Of a stretch of DNA of 64,000 nucleotides, positions 37,601 through 49,500 are shown piece after piece. Position 1 is the first letter of the stretch; each line of letters begins with the position of its first letter. A model generated the notes under the pieces. It did no database searches and was not told where the DNA came from. It saw only the letters and a program-made list of their open reading frames with translations. The DNA is from Cirrosporium novae-zelandiae (lineage: Eukaryota): assembly GCA_026023565.1 (NCBI GenBank), contig JAPETS010000011.1, positions 1-64,000 of the forward strand, written 5' to 3'. The translations under genes were made by a program, and so were the position numbers.

Positions 37601-38877
37601 TCCTCATTCCAATCCCGCAGACTTTCCGAATTTTCAATACCCGAGATAAGAGTAGTCTCCTGGGTACGTGTAATATCAGACTGATGGACCATCGATTGGC
37701 TACTTAGAGTTGGAACAACCCAGGGACTTGCAGGTACCGCATTGGTGGGCTGGAACGTGGTCAACGGATCCTTATCAATGTTGAGATTCTGCAAGGTGCT
37801 AAAGGAAGTATCAAACGATGGTGATATCATAGACATCAGAGTCAAAAGTGAATGCGCCATGAGAACCTTTGGCTTCGTCCTTGGTGAGGGGTCAAATTTG
37901 TTGTTGGAACAATTGTTGACGTAGAAGCCAGACACATGCGAGGTAATCTGAAATTGTTCTCCCTCGTTTGTTGTGATCTGGAGATACAAAAGGTGACCCT
38001 TTTGGCGGAGGTGATGGGGTGGGGGATTCCACGGCGACAGCGCGAGCGCTTTCATCATCTTAGGGGCTGGCTTTTCAGATGGCGGCAGAATCGATTGTAA
38101 AGACGCCGGAGACTTCAGGTCGTAACCATGCAGGTCATGACCAGGTTCAGTTTCTTTGGTCGATTTTCCATTGGTCTTATCACCCTTGGAACCTCCTGGC
38201 GATGAAAGAACATCATGTAATGAAGCCCCGGAACAAATTCCATGTAGAAGATCTGGCCGGTCTCCAGCAACACCGAGAAGCTCTCTCAGCCTCAGCATGT
38301 GCATCCGAGCCTCTTTCTCCGAGTAAGGATCTTCTACAAGTACCAATTCCGAACCAGCTTCCAGGTCCGGAACCTCCGAAAGCTCCACAAAATCATTGAT
38401 CCGTTTGCCCTTGTGCTCAAGATGGAAACATGTATATTGAAAGGTATTTGGGAGTTCGACAATGGATTGCCGGAGATCTTGGACTTGCTCTTGGGTAGAA
38501 ACCTAGAAGCAATCAGCATGATCCAATTGACTTTGTAAGAGTATATACCATTACTTGAACCTGAAATGGTTCATGAGGCAGTTTGACAGAAACCTGGAAG
38601 ACGGCTGTTCCAATTAGTTCTCTTGGACAATTCCATATGCGGGCCGACTCTTACATCCAACTCCCAAATCTCCGTCGTGATTCTCTTCTCCATCCTTGGA
38701 CACCTCTTTGCCGTTACTTTCGTCGGAATTTTTCTCTATAGGTTTTTCATTTTGTGGGGGATCCTCTTCTAAACAATATCAAACGAGTCAACTATGGTTA
38801 TCGATAGCGGGAAGTTCGGACAAATGGGGAAAAAACATACTCTGAGGTCCATTGACATTTTCATTTTCCTGGGCCAT
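34644..38877 (-). CDS. CLU1: Clustered mitochondria protein (Clu1/Tif31), 5 exons: 38877-38841, 38768-38655, 38604-38549, 38502-36370, 36323-34644
   Basis: LSPWNPPP..GHLLYL, LRDWNEEFQSTRELP, VETKGLIGTDGRKYVLDLYR, MHKRGVNIRYLG and C-terminal TPR-like repeats. Introns keep frame. Confidence 0.96.
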
Positions 38878-40177
38878 TACTCCGTCTCCGTCGAAAGTAC
38901 TTTTGGAATCAGGTTATGGTACAATGCAGAACAGAGAAGGATTGAGCAGAGTTTGAAAAGGTGGCAGAGAAAGAATGACAGATAAGAAAGTCCAGTAAAC
39001 AGACTGTACAATGGGAGGAATTTTGAGGGTAAAAAGAAGAGGTTGTGCGGTGTAGGTAGTAACTTGGAGATGATAATGTAGAGAAAAAAAATACGCTTGG
39101 TGCTAGAAGGCGAGTTTGGCCGGCTGTAAGCTTCTGTGCTCCGATCGGGCTCTTATTCTGCGTAGACCGTCGTTGACCCCCCAAAGAGCCAAAGATGCGT
39201 GTGAGTAAGGCAAGGTATTACCTGGACGAATAAAACTCGGGCTTTTCCCCAGCAAGCCGCAAATCTAATCCGAACCTTCCGGTCCAAAGTTGCCAATCCC
39301 ACAATCCCACAATCCCACATTAAATATCAACATTCACGAAAAAAACTTTCATGGACGAGTGCAATAGAAAAGAGGGAAAAAGTGACCAAGGCTTGATTGA
39401 TGCAGCTACCACAGCTAGGTCGTCCCTGTTTGACTGTCCCACCTACATGCAGGAGTAAACGAACAAAAACTTACAACTCTCTTGGAGTTATTTGTCCTAG
39501 GATGTCCCTGTCCGATTCAACACCATCAAACTGCATCGCAAATATTGTGTATATTTCTCTTCTGAGTCTTCGTTGTCGAATGCCCAACAAGCCATCACTC
39601 GAGATATCATACGTCACCTAGCTTCGTGGAATGTGCTCTGTCTGCCCAATGCTGATCTGGGGTCTTATCACCCCATCCGTGTGGAGAGTTACATCGTCGC
39701 TGTGCTTGATTGGAGATAGGCATGACATAAGTAACATATGATTATGACTTGTATAAATACCACAGGCTATCCTAGCTTCAAAATAATATCATGGACGTTG
39801 GTTTCTTGACATAGACAAATATTTGTAGAGATTGTGATATTGTGATATTTCGACTGCCAGGGTTGTTGGGGTTGGTCAATATGCCACGGTGGTTGCAACC
39901 AAGGTTTGTTGTAATAGATATGGTCCAACATTGACCTCTAGATTTGGAATGTAGGGTAGGGTTTAAAAATTTACCTTCTATGAAAACTTATCTTCTATTG
40001 GGCTTATGGAAGGTGTTCTAGGCAAAGTTATTTGGCTCTAGAATACAGTAATAGACGAGAGGTATTGCTATATCTGAAAAACCTGGTATTCCAATGACCA
40101 CTTGCGCGTAGTCTAAAGCCACCGAACCTCTAATCCATTTACCGTTATAAACCTCTAACCTTCTAGCCAGGACTCCT

Positions 40178-42830
40178 TCAGTTGTCGTTATCCTCATCCT
40201 TCTTAGGTTCAAATCCTAGACTGATAACCCTCTCCAAAAACCCCTTTGCATTTTTCACATTAACATGGTATTTTTCCCCCTGTACAAAATCCTTTGCAAC
40301 CAACTCCCTCGTCCGTCCCAAGCTCTCGATTGCGCTAATCCTGTCCAACGTAGCCTCGAGATGTTCGTCAAACCCCGGCTGACTACATATCTCTCGGAAA
40401 GCATGCTGCATAGGTACCGAATCCGCTCGAACCATGGCGTTGGAGTCAATGGTAAATATATTGATGTGGTCGTATGACTGGATGAAGTCTGCACGTGTCA
40501 TGATCTGGCGCGCCTCGTGAAGTGGAATTTGAGGGAGGACGAGCCCCTTTGAGGGGTCGTGGTTGGCTTCCATTTCCTTTTCCTTTTCTACAAGAGCACG
40601 GGCGAGGACCATCGCACCAGACTATACATTAAGAATTAGTTAATAATTACGTCTTGTTTAGCTATCCAATGGTTTGGTGTCACGGTGCACTCAAGATATG
40701 ATGGGAATAACTCACCGAGTACTTTTGCTCATCCATAACATCATCATCCATTTCCTCTCCAAGAATCCAGCATTTGCTCAACAGCCATCCCTTCTCCATC
40801 TTTCTAATCTTCATGCAAGCTTGGATCATATCCTTTTGCTTAGCCACCCTACTTAAGAATGTCAATCGGCCCCCAACGTTATCATAAACCTGTTCAAGTA
40901 TACTAAAGGGTGTATCTTCTCCAAAATACCGCTGCCGGTATTGCTTCAACGCTTGCATAGCTCGATTCTTGGGGAGATCGAGAACAGGAAGTACCTCCAT
41001 GCGTGTAGCATATTGTTTCAGTCGCTCATAGACCCAGTAGTCATCGCTGTTGAGTACTGCATTGTATTAGCAACCTATATAGACACACGGCATGACAAAT
41101 TGGAGATAGAAACGATATGAACCCAGCTTGATATTCAAACCACATGCAGGAGTTTACATATCACGATACCAAGCTAGGTCGACTGCTAAGATAAGTTATC
41201 ATAGCTTGATCATTCTGCTCCTATCATCAAGTTTTGCACCAACCAACTTACCAAAAGTTACCAAGCTGCTTGCAGCCCATTGCTCCGCACGTTGCTGTAT
41301 CAATTCTAGCAGGTCACGTCCGTCCTCATCATCTCGGAGTAGATGTGTACTGTTAATGACCAAGACCAAAGGTCTACCAACCTCTTTACGTCTCTTTAAA
41401 GCAATTTTTTCTAGCTTATTAAAGGCTCGTTCAATGTCGAGTAGTGCAGTAGTATCTCTAGGGCCACGGATACTAAAGAGACTTCCAATGTAACTAAAGA
41501 AATATCAAGTTAGTCTAGAATCGGAATTGATAAACTCAACATTAGGTTCAAGAGACATCTTATAGACTCTAACGGAATGCATAAAGTATCAATTGGTAGA
41601 ACTGGGATCTAGGTATGATCGCAAATTCTCGGATGCAAGTACTCGATGGCTTGCAATGGAGTTTTATTAGGGAATACCCTTGTAAAGAAGTGGTTAAAAC
41701 TTACTCTTCGTGAAACTCGAAATCCAATGCCTTTCCAAGTCTAATACGAAATATCTCGGGATCGGCATGCGCCTCCATCATGGCAACTCCCTCACCATCA
41801 TTCTTTTGCATAGCATCAAGAATCATGGAGGTTTTTCCAGTGCCTTTTTCTCCTACAATTAGATGATAATGGCCTACATCTTGACCACCTATTATAGCAT
41901 CAATCTTTAGTTGCTCCTCTCGTGGAATCCAGTGAGTAGCATCATAATCATCTTCCTTGTCTAACATGCCATTGTTTTCGGCTTGTTTTTCAAGTGCTGC
42001 TATCGTCAGAACTGGGTCTCCGGGTTTGAAAGCGTTTTCCATTTTCTGTAGTATAAGGTATTTATAATATTTGTGGTACCCGTATCCAGCAAGCCTGCCA
42101 AAAGTGAGAACGAGATCCAGGACTAAACGAACTTGATAGTGTTTGCAATAAGTCAATCCAGTCCAAAATATGCAGATTGACCGCAAGACCCCCAACCTGT
42201 TCCAGTTCTACTTTTGTCTATAAGTGTTTACTGAACTTCTTGAAGGGGTCCTAACGATACTTTATATTGCGGGCTACTCTTGGATCTGGATTGGCTTGAA
42301 CTGACTTGTCGCAAACATTATAGATAAATGGAAGAAGAAACTCACCCTAATACTGCGAGAGATGCAAATGTCGTCATGGCGCTCTCAAACATTTTGACAA
42401 GGACTTCTGGAATGCCGCCTTTGGTTTTGGATTTATTCGTCTCTTCTTTGTCCTTTTTGGACTCTGGGGGGTCTTGATCAATTGACTGAGGCTTTATTTG
42501 TGGCTCTGGGCTTGGATCGAGGTAGGATGAATAGCGTTTTCTATCCCCATAACATGAATTTGGGGGACCAAAGCTGGAGGGCAAAACACTTGGAGCTGCG
42601 AGTATGGGGGTACTCATGCTTCTTGAAGGGCGTCCAGATATGCCAAGTGGCAAATACCCAATCTTTCGACTCTGCACATTGGCATTGAGCTTTGTGGAAA
42701 AGAATTTTGCACTCTCATATCCTCTGTTCACTGTCCTTGAACTGTAAATGAATGAAGTTTCTTTGGCAGTGGTACATCTGACATTAGAGAAAACCTGAAG
42801 AGGCCGTATGCGATTGAAAAAAAAAGACAT
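40178..42830 (-). CDS. Conserved fungal AAA-like P-loop ATPase, probably mitochondrial membrane-anchored, 5 exons: 42830-42346, 42094-41705, 41493-41252, 41056-40716, 40621-40178
   Basis: Arg/Ser-rich N-terminus, one hydrophobic segment (FASLAVLGLAGYGY), Walker A IVGEKGTGKTS, NSDDYWVYERLK, VGGRLTFL. Four GT..AG introns keep frame. Confidence 0.88.
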
Positions 42831-43383
42831 AATCAACTATACAAGCACAGGAAGAATACTAAATTCTTCAAGCCCCAGAGTTATTTGCTTGGTGTCTATT
42901 AAAAGAAATCAAATCCCCTGTTCGCATTGGAATGATAATGCGTCGACCAAGTGCCAACACAGCACAAGAGCCACCCAATATTGCGCCTGCTCCGTAAGTG
43001 AGTTGAAGTTTCAGAATAATATAGTTGAACGTGAAAAAATAACTTGGAGAAAAAGAAAGTGATAAAAGGCCTAGGTAATTAGTTGGGAGTAATGGGTAAA
43101 GTAGGTAAACAATAAGGTTGGTAAAACAGGTTATTACATGCCCAGGCCTTAGCCCAAAGTCTGTTTTTACGAAGACCATTTCAGCTTCGATTTACATATC
43201 ATCTTTCAGGCTTTCAGATACCAATAATACATTACGAACCATACTTTTGTACCCACACTTTAGACCTCGTTCTACAAATATAAATAATACCAGTCTACAA
43301 TCATAAATCTCTTGTAATCCATAGTTCCAATCCATTCTGTAATCTTACAGAGTAATACCATGATCTTGCTTGTAATAGCCAAT

Positions 43384-44214
43384 TCATTTTTCTCCGTTGA
43401 CCTTCTTCCAGACCTCTTCTTCTGCCACACTCGCTCTCTCCCCTGCCTTTCTTGCCCAACTCTTCATACCTTCCCAAACATTCCCCCCGGCTTCCTCAAC
43501 GGTCTTCAGACTTTCGCTTAAGCTTCCCCTCCGAGCTGTTTCGCCAGTGTATCCAAGCGTAGGGCTCGAGTCATTAGTGGATTCATGCGCAAAGCGCTGA
43601 GCGGATGACATTTCAGCGGCATACGGATTTTGGATATATCCGGGAGGATGTTCTCGATAGGTCGTTGAAGTCGTAGAATGTGGAGGTTGAGAGGGATAAG
43701 TTTGGGAAGGGTTTTTGGGAGGCGGAATAGACATCTGGGGTGGGAGAGGAATCGAGGAAGTAGAGGCGGCTATAGGAGCTATGGGGGCAGAATGTGAGCT
43801 TGGAGATTGACCTGGCTTTGGAGGTGGGACCATGGACTTGGAGGTCGGGGTCGATGAGCTCAAGGAAGGGTTTGGCACAGCTCCAGGCTGTGGTGGGGGT
43901 GGTCCATCTGTGCTAGCCGCTGTTGCTGTTGTTGTTTCTACTACTGTTCTCGTCGGTGTTGGAGTAGCTGTAGCTGTAGCGGTAGCTGTAGGTAGAGTTT
44001 GAGCACTAGCTGTAGGAGCAGGAAAGGCCGCAGCAGCCGGTTGAGCTGGTGGATAATTTCCAGTTGCTCGTGCTGCCGCAGTAGTAGTCGCTTGATTAGA
44101 CGCAGGGAAGGAGGATGGAGGTTGTATTGGAGGGGCAGTTGCCGGGGAGACTTCTTCCGCAGTAGCCCCAGCAGTATTAATGGGGCTGGATGTATATATT
44201 GGGATACCAGACAT
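43384..44214 (-). CDS. Pro/Thr-rich fungal hypothetical protein (~276 aa)
   Basis: Starts MSGIPIYTSSPIN. Contains EHPPGYIQNPYA and C-terminal WEGMKSWARKAGE..AEEEVWKKVNG. Confidence 0.8.
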   Translation of the reverse strand: MSGIPIYTSSPINTAGATAEEVSPATAPPIQPPSSFPASNQATTTAAARATGNYPPAQPAAAAFPAPTASAQTLPTATATATATPTPTRTVVETTTATAASTDGPPPPQPGAVPNPSLSSSTPTSKSMVPPPKPGQSPSSHSAPIAPIAASTSSIPLPPQMSIPPPKNPSQTYPSQPPHSTTSTTYREHPPGYIQNPYAAEMSSAQRFAHESTNDSSPTLGYTGETARRGSLSESLKTVEEAGGNVWEGMKSWARKAGERASVAEEEVWKKVNGEK

Positions 44215-44983
44215 CTTTAAACCTGTAAATGTGTAAGCTTTATAGACGTCTGGAGATGAAAGAGGAAGAAGGTAGTTAAGCGGAAGGTGTTGACGTCCAG
44301 GGAACAAAGGTCTGGAACAAAAGGAAGCAAGGGGTTCCTTTTGTCCAATAGTTGGTTTGAGTTAAAAGTGTATCAGATAAAGTCATTCGAATAACACAAA
44401 TCAAAAGAAAGAAATAACAAGAAGAACAAAAGCAAGAAAACACGACGTCCGTGGTAGTAGAGTGTGAGCATGGAGACTGATGTCACAGGACCAACAATAG
44501 ATACCAAGATACCAACTTAAAGAGGTAACTTTGCAATCCCTCCCAACTAATTACTCCTGTTAATTAACAATGGTAAAATTGAGACTTGAACAATTCATGA
44601 GTTTGTAATCCCTTTTGATAGCTGCTTACTGAGGTTTACAACAATTATCCCAGAAACGTATTCCCTGTCCCATTATTCTAGAGGCTAGTCTATCTTCATG
44701 AACGGGAGAGGATCCTTATTACAGCCCGGAAGCAGAACAAGTTAAATCCTAAACCATTCGTATGCAAAGCCCTCCTCCCTTAAAATTAAGGAAACAGAAA
44801 ACACATGAAAGAATTGTCAGGCAGTAAAGTACAACGGTTACAGAGCCTTGCTGAATCACATCTGTGCTAAACCCCTCCATCCACATGTGTTCAATCAACT
44901 CCTAGCACCCATCACCCTCCCCAGTCGAGACGCTCATCATTTCTATGTCACGACTCGATTTTGGTAAGTATTCAGCGAGCTGT

Positions 44984-46555
44984 TTAACCAGATCCACCCT
45001 TGAATTTCTTGCCGAAGAGAAGGAGTTGAACTTGGTCATAGATGGAGAGCACACCGGCACCGGCAACACCACGGAGGATGTTGGCACCAGCACCACGGAA
45101 GAGGGACATGGTACCTTCCTTGGCGATGATTTGCTTAGCAGCATCAAAAGAGGACTTGTACTTGACAGCCTTTGGAAAAATTAGCACCAAATGTGGTCAA
45201 CAAGGAAGACATCAACTTACTTCACCAGAAGTCATCATCATACGACGACGGACAGTATCCAAGGGGTAAGAGCAGATACCAGCACCAGTGGTGACAGCCC
45301 AGCCGAGAGCGAAAGAGGCCAAGAAGCTGCCTTCAAGAGGACCAACCAAGACAACAGGCTTGATGGAGTCGTACATACCAAAGTACAGACCACGGTAGAC
45401 GATGATACCAGCGACCGAAGGCATGAAACCACGATAAAGACCGGCAATACCATCAGAGGCAAGGGTCTTCTTGTAGACATCAACGAGACCGTTGAATTGA
45501 CGATCACCGCCACCCTTGGTGCTCTTGGCATCGTTGGCCAAACGAGTACGGGCATAATCTAGGGAGTAGACAAAAAGAAGGGAGGTTGCACCGGCAGCAC
45601 CACCAGATGCAAGATTACCGGCCATCCATTTGGCATATCCGTCACGATCACGCTTGAACGCAAACATCGACTTGAAGGTATCACGGAATGCAAAGTTGAG
45701 GGCTTGAGTAGGGAAGTATCGGATAACGTTGGCAGTGTTACCTCTCCATAATGAAAGGACACCTTCATTTTTGGAGGTTCGGCTGAAGCAGTCTACGATA
45801 CCATTGTATCTCTTGTCCAGACGGCCAGACTTGATCATTTCTTCCTATGATGTATTTCGTTAGCTTCATGATAATCTGATAACGTATCTCTTATCAAGCA
45901 TGACGTGAACGGCCACCAGAACCTCAGGGGACCAGCGCGAACTCATCAGAAGGTGAATTTTTCATGCGCAACTATGTTTGTGATTTATCCGTTCATAATT
46001 ATAGTCTGGTTCAAAGTACATAGGTAGTTGATGAGGCCGGAAGCGCCGGAGGACACGAGATAAGATCAATCGACAGATATTGCCAATTGCAATTGAAGTC
46101 TTACCTGATTTTGAACTAAGAGCTTGACTCGCTCAATAGGAGCAGCGGCAGTCTTCGAGACGGCAGCGGAAACACCACCCACTGTAAACATTGTCATGTC
46201 AGTAATCCGTCTCTCCCGGGCAAGCCACTACACGCCGAGATGTATCAATCTACAGCGTTGCGAATCTATAAACGTACTCAAGAAGTCGACCACGAAGCCC
46301 TATAAAACAGTAGAGTTAGTCGTGAAGTTCATCGGAATTGATAAGTTTGCTTGCTGCAGACACAATCGCCTCGATATGTACAAGAACTGTCATTCCTTCA
46401 CAGCCAAGGCTAAAGAAGGGTAGGGAAACATTTTCCAGTGTCTTTGAGGCAGATTGAACTGAGGTCAAAGTTTTTATGACGGGGATTCAGGGTTAGCTTA
46501 CGGGCATGCCCATCACCGACTTGTCGGCCTGCTTAACCTCTCCTTCTTTGGCCAT
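44984..46555 (-). CDS. AAC: Mitochondrial ADP/ATP carrier, 5 exons: 46555-46502, 46299-46278, 46181-46105, 45844-45221, 45169-44984
   Basis: [46 protein letters not shown] and the RRRMMM signature. Confidence 0.98.
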
Positions 46556-49500
46556 GGTGAAGTTGGGATGATCAAAGGAAGAATATTAAAGAAATGAGGG
46601 GAGATTGGGGATGGAACAGGTCGATCAGCCTCGACTATAGAATGTGTTGAGGATGAAAACGAAGATGGTTGAAGGAAGAGGATGAAGTGAAGTTGGTCGC
46701 AATTTGAGCAGACCGAGAATTTTTTAGCGCCAAAAAGGCCAGCCCTGATTTTCCCGAGAAAGCCTCAGGAAGGGTCAGGGAAGGAAAAGCTAAGATCGGC
46801 TCTTGGCTTGAGGTTTTGCTTGCGCTATTTCTCCACCAAAGTCTGTCGTTTTTTTTCTTTCCAGAGATATCCGAATTTCTTTTAAACCAACATTGAACGA
46901 GGAGTTGGAAAGAATGAAAGAACGGAGAAGAAGTGATGACTTGTTATTTTTCTTCCGGTATACTTTTTAGTAACGGAATAATCAATCTTTCTAGCCTATG
47001 ATATGCTTAAAAGAGAGCAAGTTTTTTGCAACTGTCTACATAGTACCTATTTGGTATATCTACGCCTGATACACAATATCCATTGAGATCTATCGATATC
47101 CATGATATCGTCATCCGAGTGGTCCAAAACATTTAAGATAGACTTGGGTACAAAATCTGATTCCATCAAATTATTCGATCAGGATATAAATATCGCAAGT
47201 TCAAATGTCAAATTGGGTTGGTAGAGCTGAAAAACAGAAGCTGGAATGGCAAGCTGACTAAGAATGTTCCCTCGGCTGTGCATATGAAAAGGGATGTCCA
47301 AGAGGGGACCCCCAAAGCCCCTAAGACCCCAAGGGACACCCAAGAGAAAGGCTGGACCAAGACCACTTTTTTGGAGAAACTTGCAGAAACTGGTCCCTGG
47401 TCCTTTCAGATAAGGTCTCCGCACATACACCTCCACACCCACACACCTACACCCACACCCACACCCACTTACCTCCACACAAGACACCAAATGACCATAG
47501 TTTTTGATCTTCGGAAAAGAGGATGTCAGATTTTTTTGGATTTTTTAGGATTTTTTTGCCTTCGTCCGTTACTAAGGAGTAGGTGGTTGTAATCGGGATT
47601 CGACCTAGGGAATAAGAATTTTTAACATGTAGTTAGTTGGTTGGTAATTTTTACATCCGTCCCTTGTTGTGTGTATCTACAAATCTCTAATTCACTAATT
47701 ACTTTTATACCCAGCAAGGTTGCAATCTCCTTCCGTCGGGATCCACTCCATTGGCTTGCAGCAAGCATAAAGAGGACATGGTTAGTTTACAATTTGGCCG
47801 TTACAAGTCTTGGGCCAAAATGGAGAAAATGGCCACACAATGCTATTCCAGGCGAGCCCGGCAGATTATCCGGCCTCTCCGAAACCGCCTTTCTGACATC
47901 ATCACCACTCTTTACTTGGAGCAATTGGAACTATCTGGATGATTGATTATCGATTACTGTCACTGTCAGACATCTTAATCTCTTCTTTTTTTGTCATTTT
48001 GTGCGCTGACGCTTGTCTGAAAACCCCAGATCATCTTAGGGAATTATCAATAGAACATACTTTCCAATTGCATGAAAGGGACAAACTATGGTCAAAGTCT
48101 ACACAAAATTGCCTAATGAGACCCTCAATTGAAAAAAGGAGAACTAATTAACACCACCTTGATGATTCTAGAGAAGAAGAAAAGCCTTCTTAGCCTATGC
48201 GACAATGCACAGTACACGCGCTGCCTCAGATATTTCCATGACTTCGAAAGAACAGCAAAAGAATCTCATCCAATCGTCAATAAACCTCGCCCATGAACTC
48301 TCAAAGTTATGCGCGCCCTTGACGCACAATTCAGCACTAGAATACTATACACGCGCAGAGTCATCACCCTGAGTGGCTTCAAATGGCATGGTCAGAGGGG
48401 AAATTTCTGAGGCTAGTGCTTAAAGTCGCAACTCTAAGGCTAGGAACCTTTGTCCAGTGTGTGCCATCTCTGTTGGAATTTCAGATTATCTTGTTCGTCT
48501 GACTGTTTGTTGACGTGTTTGGAGATTCTATCGTCTGTGATTACATTTATCCTATCCTTTGAAGATGTCGAAACAAATAGAAGAGTTGTCTCCATGGATT
48601 TTGTGCTTTTACCCTTGAGAGGTATGAAGGAGGTAAAGAGGTGTTACAGCAGATACTGTATCCTGGGTTGGTCCAAATATCCCTTTTTCACAGAGGAAGA
48701 CGCATTATAGCTGACCTTGGTGAGTGCTGGTTTTTTATTTGCGATGTTTTGGTTAGCCCCCTTATCAGTGACAGCAAGGTTATATTGAGCTTCCATATTA
48801 GTAGAGCGGGCTTCTTGCGGAATACCTGCCGAGGCATATCTTTCCTATCTGAAAAGGCTTTTGTTCATTAATAGCTACTATGCAACAAAAACTGTTTGGT
48901 TTTGTGATAAGCAGGATGATAACATCATCATCTCTTTGCTAAACTATCTCGAGTTACTTTGAGGTCAGCAATATGTTTTGGACTAGTAGAGTAGGAATAT
49001 TTTCTTTGCTATCTTTTTCCTTGCTATCCCGTTCCTTACTACCTTTTTCTTTGCTGCCACCAACTTGTCCCATTCTCTCGCTTGGTACAGGCACAGCTAT
49101 AACAGCATACCCTTCGAGCTCTTCAAAAATGATATAAACCTCCGCCTTAATACGCAATCTCTTCAAGGACAGCAGAAAAATTCGCCAGCCACCATGGTCA
49201 AGTAACACTCTCCTTAGTATCTGGCGCAGTCCGAGATGACCTCAGTTTAGAGGCAGGCTCAAGAACTGATGGAAGGCCTCCTGAAACGGACAGCCAAATA
49301 GAGACTGCAATGGCATCTCTTGATTGAGTACCTGCAGTACCTACAACTTCCCAGTTAGATGCTGCTGGCTTGAGAATTACTACTATTACTACTACTTGGC
49401 TGATTCTCACCACCAAACCTCCCCCTCCACCTCCTCGATTTCAAAGTCCTGTTTCCACTCTCACTCCCTCCTTCATTTACATCCACCCTTTCTTCTTCAT

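Noticed and set aside
41057..41251. Stwintron or snoRNA in the ATPase intron 3
   Set aside because: An internal branch-point/AG-like signal and a TGATGA are present, but removing the inner piece gives no valid donor and there is no box D.
45880..45970. TPP riboswitch, hammerhead ribozyme or C/D snoRNA in the AAC intron
   Set aside because: It has GCATGA/TCATGC, CTGAG and CTGATGA, but lacks the TPP TGAT..GATAAT..AGCG core and a hammerhead GAAA after a stem II. TGATGA and CTGA are only ~16 nt apart, too close for boxes C and D.
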